64,000 bases of DNA from Botryllus schlosseri (GCA_051294905.1 CM119371.1:18414001-18478000); one strand, 5' to 3'. Positions 46,689-60,280 are shown, counted from the first letter of the stretch. Translations and numbers: made by a program. Notes: generated from the sequence alone by a model not told the origin.

Positions 46689-48274
46689 TAGGCTTACCAT
46701 ATTTTGGAAATCTAAAAAGAGAACACTCTTTCAGAAATTTGAGTCTTGCAAAACCGGAGAGGAATTCTCAAAAATCTGTGAATTTTTCCCACTTTGTGAT
46801 CGGTTGACTAAAAAAAAAGGTCAACTTTCAATACCGTTTTCATCTCCACATTGCTAGGTGGTTGACTAAAACAAAATCAACTTTTCGCTCGGAGCTCAAA
46901 TCACCGTTTATCACTCCGAAATACCCGCCGGGGCGTCACTTATGTGTTAATTTACGGCAGAGGTCTCAAACACGCGGCCCGCGGGCCGCATGCGGCCCGC
47001 CAGAGCATTTTGTGCGGCCCGCGACGACGTTTTAGATTTTTATTAATTTGACAATATAGAATTGTCAAATATATCTTTTCAGGTTATAAAGTGAATATTC
47101 CCTCTTAAATTGCCCCGAAAGCCTGAAACTATTCATCAGACTTCAGTATCACATCAATTGCAAACGTTGCCGCAGTGGAAGATTCACTATTTCGCCACAT
47201 TTCCAATTCATGATGACAAAACCTGACCCTTAGGCGATTCGTGACTGAAATTCGTGACTTGGATTTGGACGCGACCTTTTTTAGAATTACTCAGACTTGG
47301 GCTAACTCGATGGCAAAATGAAAATGACTCGAGTGGACTCGGAATACCGTGAATTCATTAGAACCATGGAAGCAACAAACTAGTCGCATACAAGGGGGAT
47401 AGTAATAGATCAGAAGGTCGCAGCTTGGTATTTCGCTAACTAAGCAAGTAGTTTTGGCAACCATTGGCAATCTGTTAGTTATATCTTTGGTCGCTTAACC
47501 ATGTTATTAGGGTCTTTCAAAGGTTCCTATAGTACCGTAGTGGTACGCTCCAACGATGTAACAACAATGGGCAGTTCGGCGTATTTATATTATATTTATA
47601 TTTTTCTGCTCCTATTATTGAAGATATTTGGCCATGAGATTAATAGCCTACTTATCACAAGTATACACGAATCCTGGATTGGAATTACAATGATCAACCT
47701 AAAAATGTTTTGATGTCAGATCAGTTTCTATTATCAATCTGTTAAATTCAAAATATTCATACAGTAGCGGCAAAATTATAACCCGATAGCTTTTATGATG
47801 GCATCATATACGTTTGTCCGTCCATATGGTGTCTATATCTTATAATTAATATATATTATGTTTAATCGTTGAGTTGAGTACAACAACAATTCTATTCAAA
47901 TAGTTATAAGTTATAACTGTGATGATTCTTTTCGTCTCAGGCCTAAATTGATACAAGAGTAAATCACATTTTGACGATGTGTGTTTACTGTCAGTCTGGT
48001 GGATCGGCTCACTTTCAATAGGACAATTCATTCCCGCCAAATAAGGCTTTCTTGGAAAGACATAGAATACCCCTATAAATGATGCGGCCCGCGGCGTCGT
48101 CAAAACTAAAAAACTGGCCCGCGAGGACATTTGAGTTTGAGACCTCTGATTTACGGCATATCACTCGCGTTTTGCTCTAATTGTGACCTAAATTTTCAAA
48201 AAAGAGGACAAAATCTCAAAAAAGCAGGTCAAAAGAGGACAAATCCTCTTAAAAGGGGACGTATGGTAACCCTA
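46689..48274. mobile_element. hAT-type MITE (TAGGGTTACCATA family) containing a nested MITE
   Basis: Termini TAGGCTTACCAT / ATGGTAACCCTA; TSD GGTGACAT / CGTGACAT; other family copies start at 49794, 55754 and 62842. Confidence 0.8.
46958..48148. mobile_element. hAT (Charlie-like) non-autonomous element
   Basis: TIR CAGAGGTCTCAAAC / GTTTGAGACCTCTG with GCGGCCCGC subterminal motifs; perfect TSD ATTTACGG at 46950-46957 and 48149-48156. Confidence 0.92.
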
Positions 48275-50189
48275 CGTGACATGTCACGGAAGGCAAGAAC
48301 GATAGGTCAGGTCGTGGTCCGGTAATCTTGAGGATGGACTAGTATGTATTAAGTAGTAATTGCTTGTATTTCGACTTGAATGCGGACATGCTCGCCGACT
48401 GTCGGATGACCAGCGGGATGTTAGTTTCCAACTCCATTCATTATCATACACATAAAGTAAGAGTTGATTTTTCCGTGTCCCGAAAAACCCAAACCTATTT
48501 TAGATCTATACCGACTCCGCAATGTCGACGTATGAACTTACAAATATTAACAATAATAATGACTTGCAAGTACGGATTGATTTTCGAACTTTGTGTCAGT
48601 ACCAGTTAATAAATCATTTCAAATCAGCACAATATTTTGCAACAATGAAAAATAAGAGAGTGCTGAATATAACATTAGATCCAATCTACTACACTAGGGC
48701 GCTGTACACAAGAGGCAATAAAATATAAAAGTAATTTATACAATGTATATAAAAGACGTAGTGCATAGTTGTAGGACAGAATGAGCACTAATGTAGTTCG
48801 AACGTTCGTCTGAATAAAACGATTTTGATTTTGCCCTTGAAAACATCGTGTATCAGTTAGTCTGATGGAAAGAAACTTGAAGATTGTTCCACAGGGTGGC
48901 GGCCGAGGAAGAAAAGGTTTTCTCGCCACAGGTCGATGTATCGGCTCTTGGAACTGACAAGAGTTTCCGCGACTGAGAACGCAAAACTCTTCTGGGACTG
49001 TTTCGAAAGTATTGAAGTAGTATTTGATATGAGACGCCCACTTCAGCGTTTGTGAACGAGCCTTAGTGCCGGCTAGTTTGATTTGGAAGAGGTAATCAGG
49101 GACTGTTAGGTAGAATTGGTCAGTGACGAAGTACTACTTTTACAAAGTCGGGTTTGCACATACTCAAGTGGCTATGATTTTCGGCTATACTTCTACTTGA
49201 CCGATTCAAGTTTTTACGTTAAACTAGGCCGGAGAAGCCGGACTCATCACCATTACACTATCTCGCACGGTTTCGGGATGTCATAAAGTTAGCATCATGC
49301 AAACTCGGAACAAAATAACTCACTCGTGACGTGGCAAAAAAGAAATCGAAGTAGAAACACTCACTGTAACTGTGACACATTGATCAAAATGACACAAAGG
49401 CCTCGACACGCGTTACCAAGAGAATGAATATAAATGCATTGAATGCGCACATCACTGTATGCACAGTGCACAGCTTATATGGTTAGTCGGTGAAAATGAA
49501 ACAGTCAAATGATGCCGAACATTACGGCACCCTATGAAAGGGAAAGATTTCTCGCAGAATCCTAGCACTTCGAGTAGCCCTATGCAGGACTTTTTAAAAC
49601 CAGAATGGAAGTCTTCACCAGATTGAAGTGTTCATAACAAAATATTTCTACTTTTCAAAGTGATTCAAATATATTTTGCCTACTTGCGCTACTTCCTTAA
49701 GTGGATGTGGTTTTAGACTAGTTCTACTTGACTGTTTTCATTTTTTGCGGCTAAAATAGGTCTTGAATATTTACCTTTTTTACTTAGTATATGTAGGGTT
49801 ACCATATTTTGGAAATATGAAATGAGGACAGTTTTTCAAAATTTTCAGACTTTCATTACCGGAGTAAAATTCTGAAAAAGTGATAAATTTTTTGCACTTC
49901 GTGGTCGGTTGTCTAAAATAGGTCAACTTTTCTGGCCCAAATCCCAGAATACAGTTTTTTTCTTTCACATTATCAGTTGGTTAAATAAAAAAAGTTCAAC
50001 TTTCCGGCTCAGTTGCCGAAATAGCCGCCGAGGACACTTTCAAAAAAGAGGACAAATACTCTTAAAAGAGGACGTATGATATGATAAAACCCCACTACTT
50101 GTAAATCGCTATTGTACTTCTACTTGAGTAAAAATTGAGAACGTTACCTCTGCTTGAGTACCGATGATGACTTCTTTGATCACCTTTGA

Positions 50190-50211
50190 CAGGGATATCT
50201 AGATATCCCTG
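50190..50211. mobile_element. 22-bp perfect palindrome = collapsed hAT mini-element
   Basis: CAGGGATATCTAGATATCCCTG flanked by the direct repeat ACCTTTGA (50182-50189, 50212-50219); same TIR as 1653-1703. Confidence 0.75.
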
Positions 50212-50372
50212 ACCTTTGATCACACCATGACATGATGATGATACCTTTGGTCACATATATGCATATCATGAGTACATGATGTGCATATGCCGCCGGACTT
50301 GGCGGTTATGGCTCTGCGGTAGGCTCCAATGGGACGGCAATATGATAAAGTCTTAATTATTTACGTTCTACC

Positions 50373-50505
50373 ATGAATGGTGATCGACTATCAGATCCAT
50401 CCATTCTTTCCATAGAAAGGGACCACGTTCAAAAACTTGATTTTAAGGATATTGTCGCTGATTTCGCATCGGCGAAGACCCGAAAAGTTCAGTTTTCCCT
50501 ACATT
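50373..50505 (+). pseudogene. hAT transposase C-terminal dimerisation-domain remnant
   Basis: MNGDRLSDPSILSIERDHVQKLDFKDIVADFASAKTRKVQF matches the M..ERLS.LAILSIE...DF..VI..FA..K.RK motif. Confidence 0.8.
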
Positions 50506-50589
50506 CGTTCACCGTTTCTTGTGTTCATTATTTTGGGCCTCGTCATAAGCGTCGAGACGGTGAGGCTTCTTTCTCAAGCTTCCGAGACG

Positions 50590-50912
50590 CATCATATTAT
50601 TTGCAATAATTTGTATTGAAAAGATTGCTTGGACATGAAACTGGGTCGGAATTTGCTGCGGTCTACTTAGGGGGTGGGGTGGCATTTTCCACGAAAGCCA
50701 TGGGCGACAGCTCATGCTGCTACGCCACTGCAAGGAAGGTACAGATATAGCCTTTTCCGGTTTTCTAAGTCTTGCACCAACCCGCCATGCTATCCCATTA
50801 ATGCATGAGCACCAAGCAAGGAAGTCATGGGTACCAGTGGTTACCCGGTCGGGGATCGAACCCACGACGTACCGGTCAAGAAGCCGGGCGCTTCACCATT
50901 ACACTATATCTT
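50590..50912 (-). mobile_element. tRNA-derived SINE
   Basis: Minus strand GATATAGTGTAATGGTGAAGCG...GGGTTCGATCCCCGACC (A box TAGTGTAATGG, B box GGTTCGATCC), followed by a core GGTACCCATGACTTCCTTGCTTGGTGCTCATGCATTAATGGG; degenerate heads also near 49250, 55215 and 61525. Confidence 0.75.
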
Positions 50913-52792
50913 ATCGGTCAGAATAAAAGTATCGCAACTGCATGCGTCTCGTTCGACATCCTCCTATCTTTTCATTACATCGAATTGTGTCTTATAGCAT
51001 TGTACATTGTGTGTGACTTGTTCAGTCGAAAAAATAACCCAACGATTAATATAATTATTATTATTATAGTTCACATCACTGCACACTGCACAAAGCTACG
51101 GGACGTTAGATGGCGTACACGCAACACGGGTCAGTTGGGGGAATTCCCTATAAAAACACATGCACGGGTATTTCTTGTCTCAACTCAAGTCGATGTGCTA
51201 GTATTCACGCATTCAGCTCAACGTGTTTGCACGTATTGTACATCACTTCTCTGTTTTGTAGTCAATCAGATGTTGATTTCAGGTGAGAAATTGAAATGCA
51301 TAGCCATCATTCATACTATGAACCGCGATCGATTTGTATATGAGGGTTCAGAATCGCAGAATCCGACACCGTAGGCTGGCTGTTGAATTACTGTTGATTA
51401 TCATCATCATAACTATTAATTTTTTTTATCAAATCAATACACCACAAGATTGCAATATAGTGAGAAGATATGAGGGTGCCGGAACGTCTTGGAGTAGTCT
51501 TTTAATCGGACACGGACACCCACCTTGGCCTACACCTGCATCATGTATATAAGTAAGAGGCATATACATACTGGAGTTGAAGAAAAAATAACATAAAACG
51601 ATAAAAGCAAGTGACGAAAATGAATGCTGCATGTGTCGGTAGGCGAGAGCGATATGTCAGATTGTGGTTGGGTAATCTTGGTCATTTTTATTTCTGAAAT
51701 CAAATACTTAATTGACCGTTGATGTGCGATTTCTTATGGTATTGTAAAATGATAGCAACTGATTATGATTTGTTACGATTGCCAGTTGCAGAACTTGGGT
51801 CCGTGTATGGTCTGCTATGGTTGAACAATTACAATGTAATGATAATATCAAGTTTCTTACATACAACAATTGACAGTTCCGTGTATGCGCGGTCCACCCT
51901 CTTTATTGAATGACTTTATGATATTCTTGTTCAGTGATTTCGTGTGGCAGCATATTATGTAGATTTATCAATAAACTACTTGCTTTTTGACAAAAAAACG
52001 AAAAGTTAGTATTTTTCCTTACAAACCTGTTGAAGTGTAACTATAATCTAATAACATTACTAATTGTAACACAACCAGCGTACTGATTCCTTCCCCCCCA
52101 ATAAAATAATTTACTGATAATTTGTAGGCTGTAGAGTCAATGGTTTTCAAGGCGAATAAAAATTACTTCAGGTCACAGAATACAGCAAGGATTACATTAC
52201 TCAAGACAAAATTGGATTATTTGACAATATTTCATTACACTTTAAGAAAATCAGGACTTATTATCGAAGTGGTAGTAGTCTTAAAGCAAAATTGTATTGT
52301 GAGTTGTGCCTGTTCCGCAGACCGCTGCTTTCTTTGTGTATTTTGTGATAGATTGCCACTTTCGTTCGGTCCTCCGTTTGGTATTGCTTGTTCCACTGTG
52401 TAGATTTGAGTCATTTATCTCTGTCAGTAGTTTCGCACGGTCCGCCGTTTAGTGAAACAAGTTCCGCTGGCCGCCGTGGAGAGTTCACCTTTTCTGGTGA
52501 CTCTGATGGTAACTGCTAAATCTGTCTGCTGATGAGAAGGATATGCATTGTCGAGTAACAATCAAGCTTTCCGGTATACAGCTGATTGAATACACCTAGG
52601 ATTGCCACAATTGTACCATGCTTGAGCCGCATGTCTCAACAATTAGTTTTAAAAAGCACAGAGCATCAAAAAAGGTAATGAGTAATGAGCCAAGGACTCT
52701 AATCTAAATCGAGTATTAATCGTGATGGAATGGCGAAATAATGTGCATCTTTTCTCTTGGTTGTCTTGCAGATCCGATTATTATAGTAAGTT

Positions 52793-54000
52793 GTGTATCG
52801 AATATTACGTATCAGAACTGAGATGAAGAGAATATTACAGCACAATGGACGTGCTGATCAGACCGCCTTGTCGAAGCAGCAAGTAGAAACAAGTACAGTA
52901 CAAGCCAACGAACACAAATTCAACAGTGGCAACTGTGACAAATCCTGTGAAAAACCGAGCCATTCGGAGATTATGAGTTTTTGGGGAAACATCATGCGGA
53001 CAAAACGTGGTTATGATGATAGGAAGGTGGATCAAGCCAGGGACACTGCCTGGGACATTTTAAAGTTCATCTCGGAACAGGAAGTGAAACATTCTCTCTC
53101 CGTCTCCTACGAGTCATCAGGTCCGTATGGAATGACGATCTGCGATATCAAGCGAATCTCTCTGAGGTGCCTGGTCAAGATGTTTAATTTGTGGCTCTTG
53201 TCTCGGGCACTGCCGACACCTTTCCGAAACGGCCGAACCGTACTGGTCCCCGTGATTAGCGAGCCGCGCACTCCCGAAGATTACCGGCCAATGACCACAG
53301 GTCCGTTGTTCGCCAGGGTATTCCATAATATACTGGCCCAACGTCTCAGTCAAAATTTCAAACTAGCTCCGACGCAGATGGCGTTTATGCCGACCAATGC
53401 GTGTTCGGAGAATGTTACACTACTGGATGGGTTAATATCACAGGCGAAAGCAAATCTGACTAACTTGAACGTGGTTTTTCTGGATTTACGGAAATCATTT
53501 GATTCCGTAAAACATGATAGCGTCCTTCGTGCAGCACGTAGGTTGGGAGCTCCGGAACCTTTCGTCGAGTACTTGCAGAGCTGTTTCACAGAGGCGTGGA
53601 CTGACCTTTACGGGGAATCCATTTTAGTATCACGCGGAGTTAGGCGGGGAGATCCCATGTCGGCCATACTGGTTAATGCGGTACTTGACGAAGCTTTATG
53701 TATTTCAGCGGAAGCGGGGCCGACCATCGGGGGTAAAATGGTCAGTGCCATCGGGTTTGTCGATCACATCGCCCTGGTGACGGTGACCGAGGTTGCGATG
53801 AAAACACGGCTAAAGCGATTTACGGATTGGCTGGAAGAATCCGGTGTGAAGTTCGATGCGGCGAAATGTAGGTCATTGGTGATACGGGCAGATGACAAAT
53901 GAAAGAGTTGTTCTATTGATATGGTAGCTACGTTCCAAATCGGTGACAGCCTCGTCCCAGAGATAGGATGTCGCGAAGCTTTTGGATACCTGGAAATCAA
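52793..54000 (+). pseudogene. R2-clade reverse transcriptase fragment, copy 1 (catalytically dead)
   Basis: SSGPYG, DYRPMT, VFLDLRKSFDSV, RGVRRGDPMS, FVDH in place of (Y/F)ADD; TGA at 53900-53902 interrupts a frame that continues KSCSIDMVATFQIG...FGYLEIK; no endonuclease domain. Confidence 0.85.
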
Positions 54001-56324
54001 AAATGGCAAAACCCTTGGAAAACCGTTGAACAGGGCATGCAAGAGACTTTCAAAGCCCCGCTTATACCTCAGTAGTGACTGTATATTCTCAGAGACCATC
54101 TTTTCCCGAAGCTAGCGTATGGTGGATCTAGTTGGAAACCTAAAAAATGCAAACTCATTCTCACAAACTCCGACTCCACTCAGTATTTTTTCCACGACTC
54201 CAGCCACTATGGTTTTCCCGACTTCGTTTCCAAGACATGCTAAAATATTTTGAGAGTCCGACCCCATTAAGCGAAAAATTAGCCAAACTCCGTCACTACA
54301 GCCCTGGGTATAAGAACTCGTATATGTGGATTTGTGCCGTGTGAGAATTTATTCGCGAGTTTCTTTCTGTAAAAATAATTTCTATTCTGACACTTTTCCG
54401 CTATATTAGATTTCTTCATACTAGACAGATTTAGGAAATAGCGATCAGGTAGAAACTAATGTTAGTTGGACACATAAAGTAGAAGTTGATTTTTCCGTGT
54501 CCTGAAAAATGCAAACCTGTTTCAGATCTATACCGACGCCGCAATGTCGACGTGTGAACTTGCAAGTACGGATTGATTTTGAACTCAGTATCATAATTTC
54601 GTCATTTCAAGTCACCACAAGATTTTGTAACAATGAAAAATGATAGTGTGCTGAATATAACAATATATCTATACTACACTAGGGCGCTGTACACAAGAGC
54701 CAATAAAATCTAGAAGTAATCTATACAATGTGTATAAAAGACGGAGTGCATAGTTGTAGGGCAGAATGAACACTACTGTTATTCGAACGTTCGTTCGCAT
54801 AAAACGGTTTTGATTTTGCGCTTGGAAACATATAGTGAGTCAGATAATATGATCGAAAGAAACTGGAAGATTGTTCCATAGGATGGCAGCCGAGGAAGAA
54901 AAGGTTCTCTCGCCACAGGTCGATGCATTGGCTTTTGCGCCTGAGAACGTAACGCTGTTCTGGAAAGGTGTCGAAACGACTTGAAGTAGTATTTGATATC
55001 AGACGCTCACCTCGGCGTTTGTAAACGTGCTTTAGTACCCGCGAGCATTATTTGGGAGGGGACATCAGTGGCTGTTAGGTAGAAATGGTCAGTGACCAAG
55101 TACTGCTTTTTCATAGTAGATTTTGTACATACTCAGGTGGTTATGATTTTCCGCTATACTTCTATTTGGCCGATTCAAGTTTTTACGTTAAACTAGGACG
55201 GACGCTGGACGCATCACCATTACACTATCTCGCACGGATTCGGGATGTCATGAAGTCAGCATCATGCGAACTAGGAACCAAATAACTCACTCGTGACAGC
55301 AAAAAGGAAGTCGAAGTAGAAACACTCACAGTAACTGTGGCAAATTGATCAAAATGACATAAATGCATAGCCACGCGTTATAAAGAGAATTAATAAATAA
55401 ATAAACTAGATGCGTAGATCACTGCATGCTCAGTTTATGGTTAGTTGGTGAAAATGAAACAGCCAAAAGATGTCGAACATAACGGCACCCTACGAAAGGG
55501 AAAGATTGCTCGCAGCATCCTAGCACTTAGAGTAGGCCTGTGCAAGACGTTTCAAAACCATCATGGGAGTCTTGACCAGATTGAGGTGTTCAGTAACGAA
55601 TTATTTCTACTTTGCAGAGTAATTCAAATATATTTTGCCTACTTGCACTACTACTCCCTCAAGTGGATGTGGTTTTAGACTAGCTACTTGACTGTTTTCA
55701 TTTTTTGCGGCTAAAATAGGCCTAGAATATGTACTTTTTTTACTTACTATAGGTAGGGTTACCATATTTTGGAAATCTGAAAAGAATACATTTTTTCAAA
55801 ATTTTGAGACTTGCAATACCGGAGGAAAATTCTGAAAAAGTGGTAAATTTTTGGCACTTCGTGGTTGGTTTACTAAAAAAGGTCGACTTTTCTGGCTCGA
55901 CTCCCATAATACAGTTTTTTCTTTCACATTATCAGTTGGTGAACTTAAAAAAGGTTAACTTTCCGGCTCAGCTGCCGAAATAGCCGCCGAGGACACTTTC
56001 AAAAAACAGGACGTATGCTAACCCCAAGTATAGGCCTACTTGTAAATTGCTATTCTACTTCTACTTGTGTAAAAATTGACAACGTTACTTCTGCTAGAGT
56101 ACTGATAGAGTGCCGATGATGACTTCTTTGATCACCTCCGGTCATGACGAGCTTTCATGGGAACGAAATTTACGATTGCGGTACTCAGAGTACGCGTTTG
56201 CGGGACGTTTTTAGTTCACATCACTGCACGGAGCTACACGACGTTAGATGGCGTACACGCAAGACGGGTGAGCTGGGGGAATTCCCTACAAAAACACAAG
56301 CACCGGCATTTCTTGTCTTGTCTC

Positions 56325-57416
56325 GGTTGCCAGTAAACTCGCCCCAAAGTAAATTCGGCCCAGGCAAATTCGGCCATTACATCAGTAAATTCGGCCCACC
56401 GAGAATATTGTATTAAAATGTATTACCAACCGTTAACATGAATTAATTACATAATTATACTGTTATTAAGTGATTTGGATGTCAGGGTATGCGTAGATCG
56501 CGTAATCACGGGAGATAGCGCGGATATTCACGGGGACCGAATTTACCGACGGCCGAATTCACCGGTCAATTCACTGGTTACTCGGTCAATTCTGCCCTCG
56601 GAGAATTTTTTATAAAAATGTATTACCAACTATTAATGTGAATTAATTTCATAATTATATTATTATCAAGTGATTTGGAGAACAGGGTATGCGTATAAAT
56701 ACATATATGTATATATTTATGCCGATGTTTATGGGGCCGAATTTACCGACAGCCGACTTCAATCGGTATATTCGGCCCTCGGAGAACATTGTGTGAAATT
56801 GTATTACGAACTAATAATGTGTATTATATTACATAATTATAATATTATCTAACCTGAACCCTAACACTAATCCTAACCCTAATTCTAACCTAACCCTAAT
56901 CCTAACCTAACCCTAACCCTAATCCTAACCTAACCCTAATCCTAACCTAACCCTAATCCTAAACCGAATCCTAACCTAACCCTAATCCTAACCTAACCTA
57001 ACCTAACCCTAACCTAATCCTAACCCTAACGCTAATCCTAACCCTAAACCTACTAATAACTAATAACTAATAATGTGCATTATATTACATAATTATAATA
57101 TTATCAAGTGATTTGGAGGTTAGGGGTTAGGTTTAGGGTTAGGATTAGCCGATTAGGGTTAGGTTAGGGTTAGGATTAGGGTTAGGTTAGGTTAGGATTA
57201 GGGTTAGGTTAGGATTAGGGTTAGGTTAAGATTAGGGTTAGGATTAGGGTTAGGATTCAGGTTAGGTAATGGTATTGTAACTGTTATTGTTACTCTGGCC
57301 CTGGCCGAATTTACCGAGGGCCGAATTTACCGAGGGCCGAATTCACCGACGGCCAAAGTGACCGAGGGCCGAATTCGACGGGCCGAATTTACTTTGGGGC
57401 GAGTTTACTGGCAACC
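56325..57416. mobile_element. Near-perfectly palindromic TIR element with AATTCGGCC motifs and inverted telomere-like tracts
   Basis: TIR GGTTGCCAGTAAACTCGCCCCAAAGTAAATTCGGCCC and its reverse complement; perfect 8-bp TSD CTTGTCTC at 56317-56324 and 57417-57424; (CCTAAC/CCTAAT)n 56855-57050, (GTTAGG/ATTAGG)n 57115-57268; absent from units 1 and 3. Confidence 0.9.
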
Positions 57417-59067
57417 CTTGTCTCAAGTCGATGTGCTATTCACGCATTCGGCTCAAGGTGGTTGTACGACTGTACGTAATGTAGATCACTTCTCTGTTTT
57501 ATAGTTCATCAGATGTTGATTTCAGGTGAGAAATTGAAATGCATAGCCCTAATTCATAATATGAACCGCGATCGGTTTGTATAAGAGTGTTCAGAATTGC
57601 AGCATCCGATACCGTAGGCTGCCTTGTGAATTACTGTTTATTTATCATCATACGATTAAATTTTTATCAAATCAATGCACCACAAGATTGCAATATAATG
57701 AGGGTGCCGGAACGTCTTGGAATAGTCTTTTAATCGGACACCCACCTTGGCCTACACCTCCATCATGTAAGTAAGAGGCATACACACTGGAGTTGAAGAA
57801 AAAATAACATAGAACGATAAAAGCCAGTGACGAAAATGAATGCTGCATGTGTCGGTAGGCGAGAGCGATATGTCAGATTGTGGTTGGGTAATCTTGGTCA
57901 TTTTTATTTCTGAAATCAAATACTAAATTGACTGTTGATGTGCGATTTCGTACGGTATTGTAAAATGATAGCAACTGATTAGGATTTGTCACGATTGCCA
58001 GTTGCAGAACTTTGATCTGTGTATAATCTGTATATGATAGCTTTGCTATGGTTGAACAATTACCATGTAATTATGATTTCAAGTTTATTACATACACACG
58101 GTACAACAATTAGAGTTCTCTGTTTACGCGGTCCACCCTCTTCATTGAATGACTTTATGATATACTTGTTCAGTGATTTCGTGTGGCAGCTTGTTATTGA
58201 GATTTATCAATAAACTACTTGCTACTTGACGAAAACGAAAAGTAACTATCAACTATTTTTCCTTAAAAGCCTGCTGAAGTGTAACTATAATCTAATAACC
58301 TAACTATAATTGTAACACAACCACGGTTCATGTAGAGATCCTTACTTGCTACTTTGCTACTGATTCCTTCCCCCCAATAAAATAATTTACTGATAATTTG
58401 TAGGCTGTGGAGTAAATGGTTTTCAAGGTGAATAAAAATTACTTCAGGTCACAGAATACAGCAAGGATTACATTAATTGACAAAATTAGATTATTTGACA
58501 ATATTTCATTACAATTTAAAAAAAAATCAGTACTTATTATCGAAGGGGCACTAGTCCTAGATCAAAATTGTATTGTGAGTTGTGCCTGTTCCGTAGACCG
58601 CTGCTTTCCTTGTGTATTTTATGGTAGTTGGCCACTTCCGTTCGGTCCTCCGTTTGGTATTGCGTGTTCCGCTGTGTAGATTTGAGTCATTTATCTCTGT
58701 CAGTAGTTTCGCACGGTCCGCCGTTTAGCAAAACAAGTTCCGGGGGTCGCTGTGTAGAGTTTGCCTTTTCTGATGATTCTGACGGTAACTGCTAAATATG
58801 TCCGCTAATGAAAACGATCAGCATTGTCAAGTAACAACAACCTTTCCGGTATACAGCTGATTGAATAGACCTAGGATTGCCACAATTGTTCCATGCTTGA
58901 GCCGCATGTCTCGACAATTAGTTTTAAAAAGCACAGAGCATCAAAAAAGGTAATGAGTAATGAGTCAAGGACTCTAATCTAAATCGAGTATTAATCGTGA
59001 TGGAATGGCGAAATAATGTGCATCTTTTCTCTTGGTTGTCTTGCAGATCCGATTATTATAGTAAGTT

Positions 59068-60280
59068 GTGTATCGAATATTACGTATCAGAACTGAGATG
59101 AAGAGAATATTACAGCACAATGGACCTGCTGATCTGACCGCCTTGTCGAAGCAGCAAGTAGAAACTAGTACAGTACAAGCCAACGAACACAAATTCAGCG
59201 GTGGCAACTGTGACAAATCCTGTGAAAAACCGAGCCGGTCGGAAATGATGAGTTTTTGGGGAAACATCATGCGGACGAAACGTGGTTGTGATGATAGGAA
59301 GGTGGATCAAGCCAGGGACACTGCCTGGGACATTTTAAAGTTCATCTCGGAACAGGAAGTGAAACATTTTCTCTCCGTCTCCTACCAGTCATCAGGTCCG
59401 GATGGAATGACGATCTGCGATATCAAGCGAATCTCTCTGACGTGCCTGGTCAAGATGTTTAATTTGTGGCTCTTGTCTCGGACGCTGCCGACACCTTTCC
59501 GAAACGCCCGAACCGTACTGGTCCCCGTGGTTAGCGAGCCGCGCACTCCTGAAGATTACCGGCCAATGACCACAGGTCCGGTGCTCGTCAGGGTATTCCA
59601 TAATATACTGGCCCAGCGCCTCAGCCAAAATTTCAAACTAGCTCCGACGCAGATGGCGTTTATGCCGACCAATGCGTGTTCGGAGAATGTTACACTACTG
59701 GATGGGTTAATATCACAGGCGAAAGCAAATCGGTCCAACTTGAACGTGGTTTTTCTGGATTTACGGAAAGCATTTGATTCCGTAAAACATGATAGCGTCC
59801 TTCGTGCCGCACGTAGGTTAGGAGCTCCGGAACCTTTCGTTGAGTACTTGCAGAGCTGTTACACAGAGGCCTGGACTGACCTTGACGGGGAATCCATTTT
59901 AGTATCACGCGGAGTTAGGCGGGGAGATCCCATGTCGGCCATACTGGTTAATGCGGTACTTGACGAAGCTTTATGTAATTCAGCGGAAGATGGGCCGACC
60001 ATCGGGGGTAGAATGGTCAGTGCCATTGGGTTTGCCGATCACATCGCCCTGGTGACGGTGACCGAGGTTGCGATGAGAACACGACTAAAGCGGTTTACGG
60101 ATTGGCTGGAAGAATCCGGTGTGAAGTTCGATGCGGCGAAATGTAGGTCATTGGTGATACGGGCAGATGACAAATGAAAGAGTTGTTCTATTGATATGGT
60201 AGCTACGTTCCAAATCGGTGACAGCCTCGTCCCAGAGATAGGATGTCGCGAAGCTTTTGGAACCTGGAAATCAAAAATGG
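59068..60280 (+). pseudogene. R2-clade reverse transcriptase fragment, copy 2 (catalytically dead)
   Basis: SSGPDG, DLRKAFDSV, RGVRRGDPMS, FADH; same premature TGA at 60175-60177; 27 of 369 aa differ from copy 1 by manual comparison. Confidence 0.85.

Noticed and set aside
50845-50912. tRNA gene
   Set aside because: A and B boxes are present but there is no closing acceptor stem or T-run terminator, and it continues into a SINE-like body
56855-57268. Real telomere or chromosome-fusion site
   Set aside because: The repeats are degenerate and enclosed within a TIR element with a perfect TSD that is absent from sister units
52793-60177. Domesticated functional reverse transcriptase in the tandem units
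   Set aside because: Catalytic YADD is replaced by FVDH/FADH and QG by RG; there is a shared premature stop, 27 aa differences including conserved motifs, and only a GTG 'start'. This fits neutral decay.
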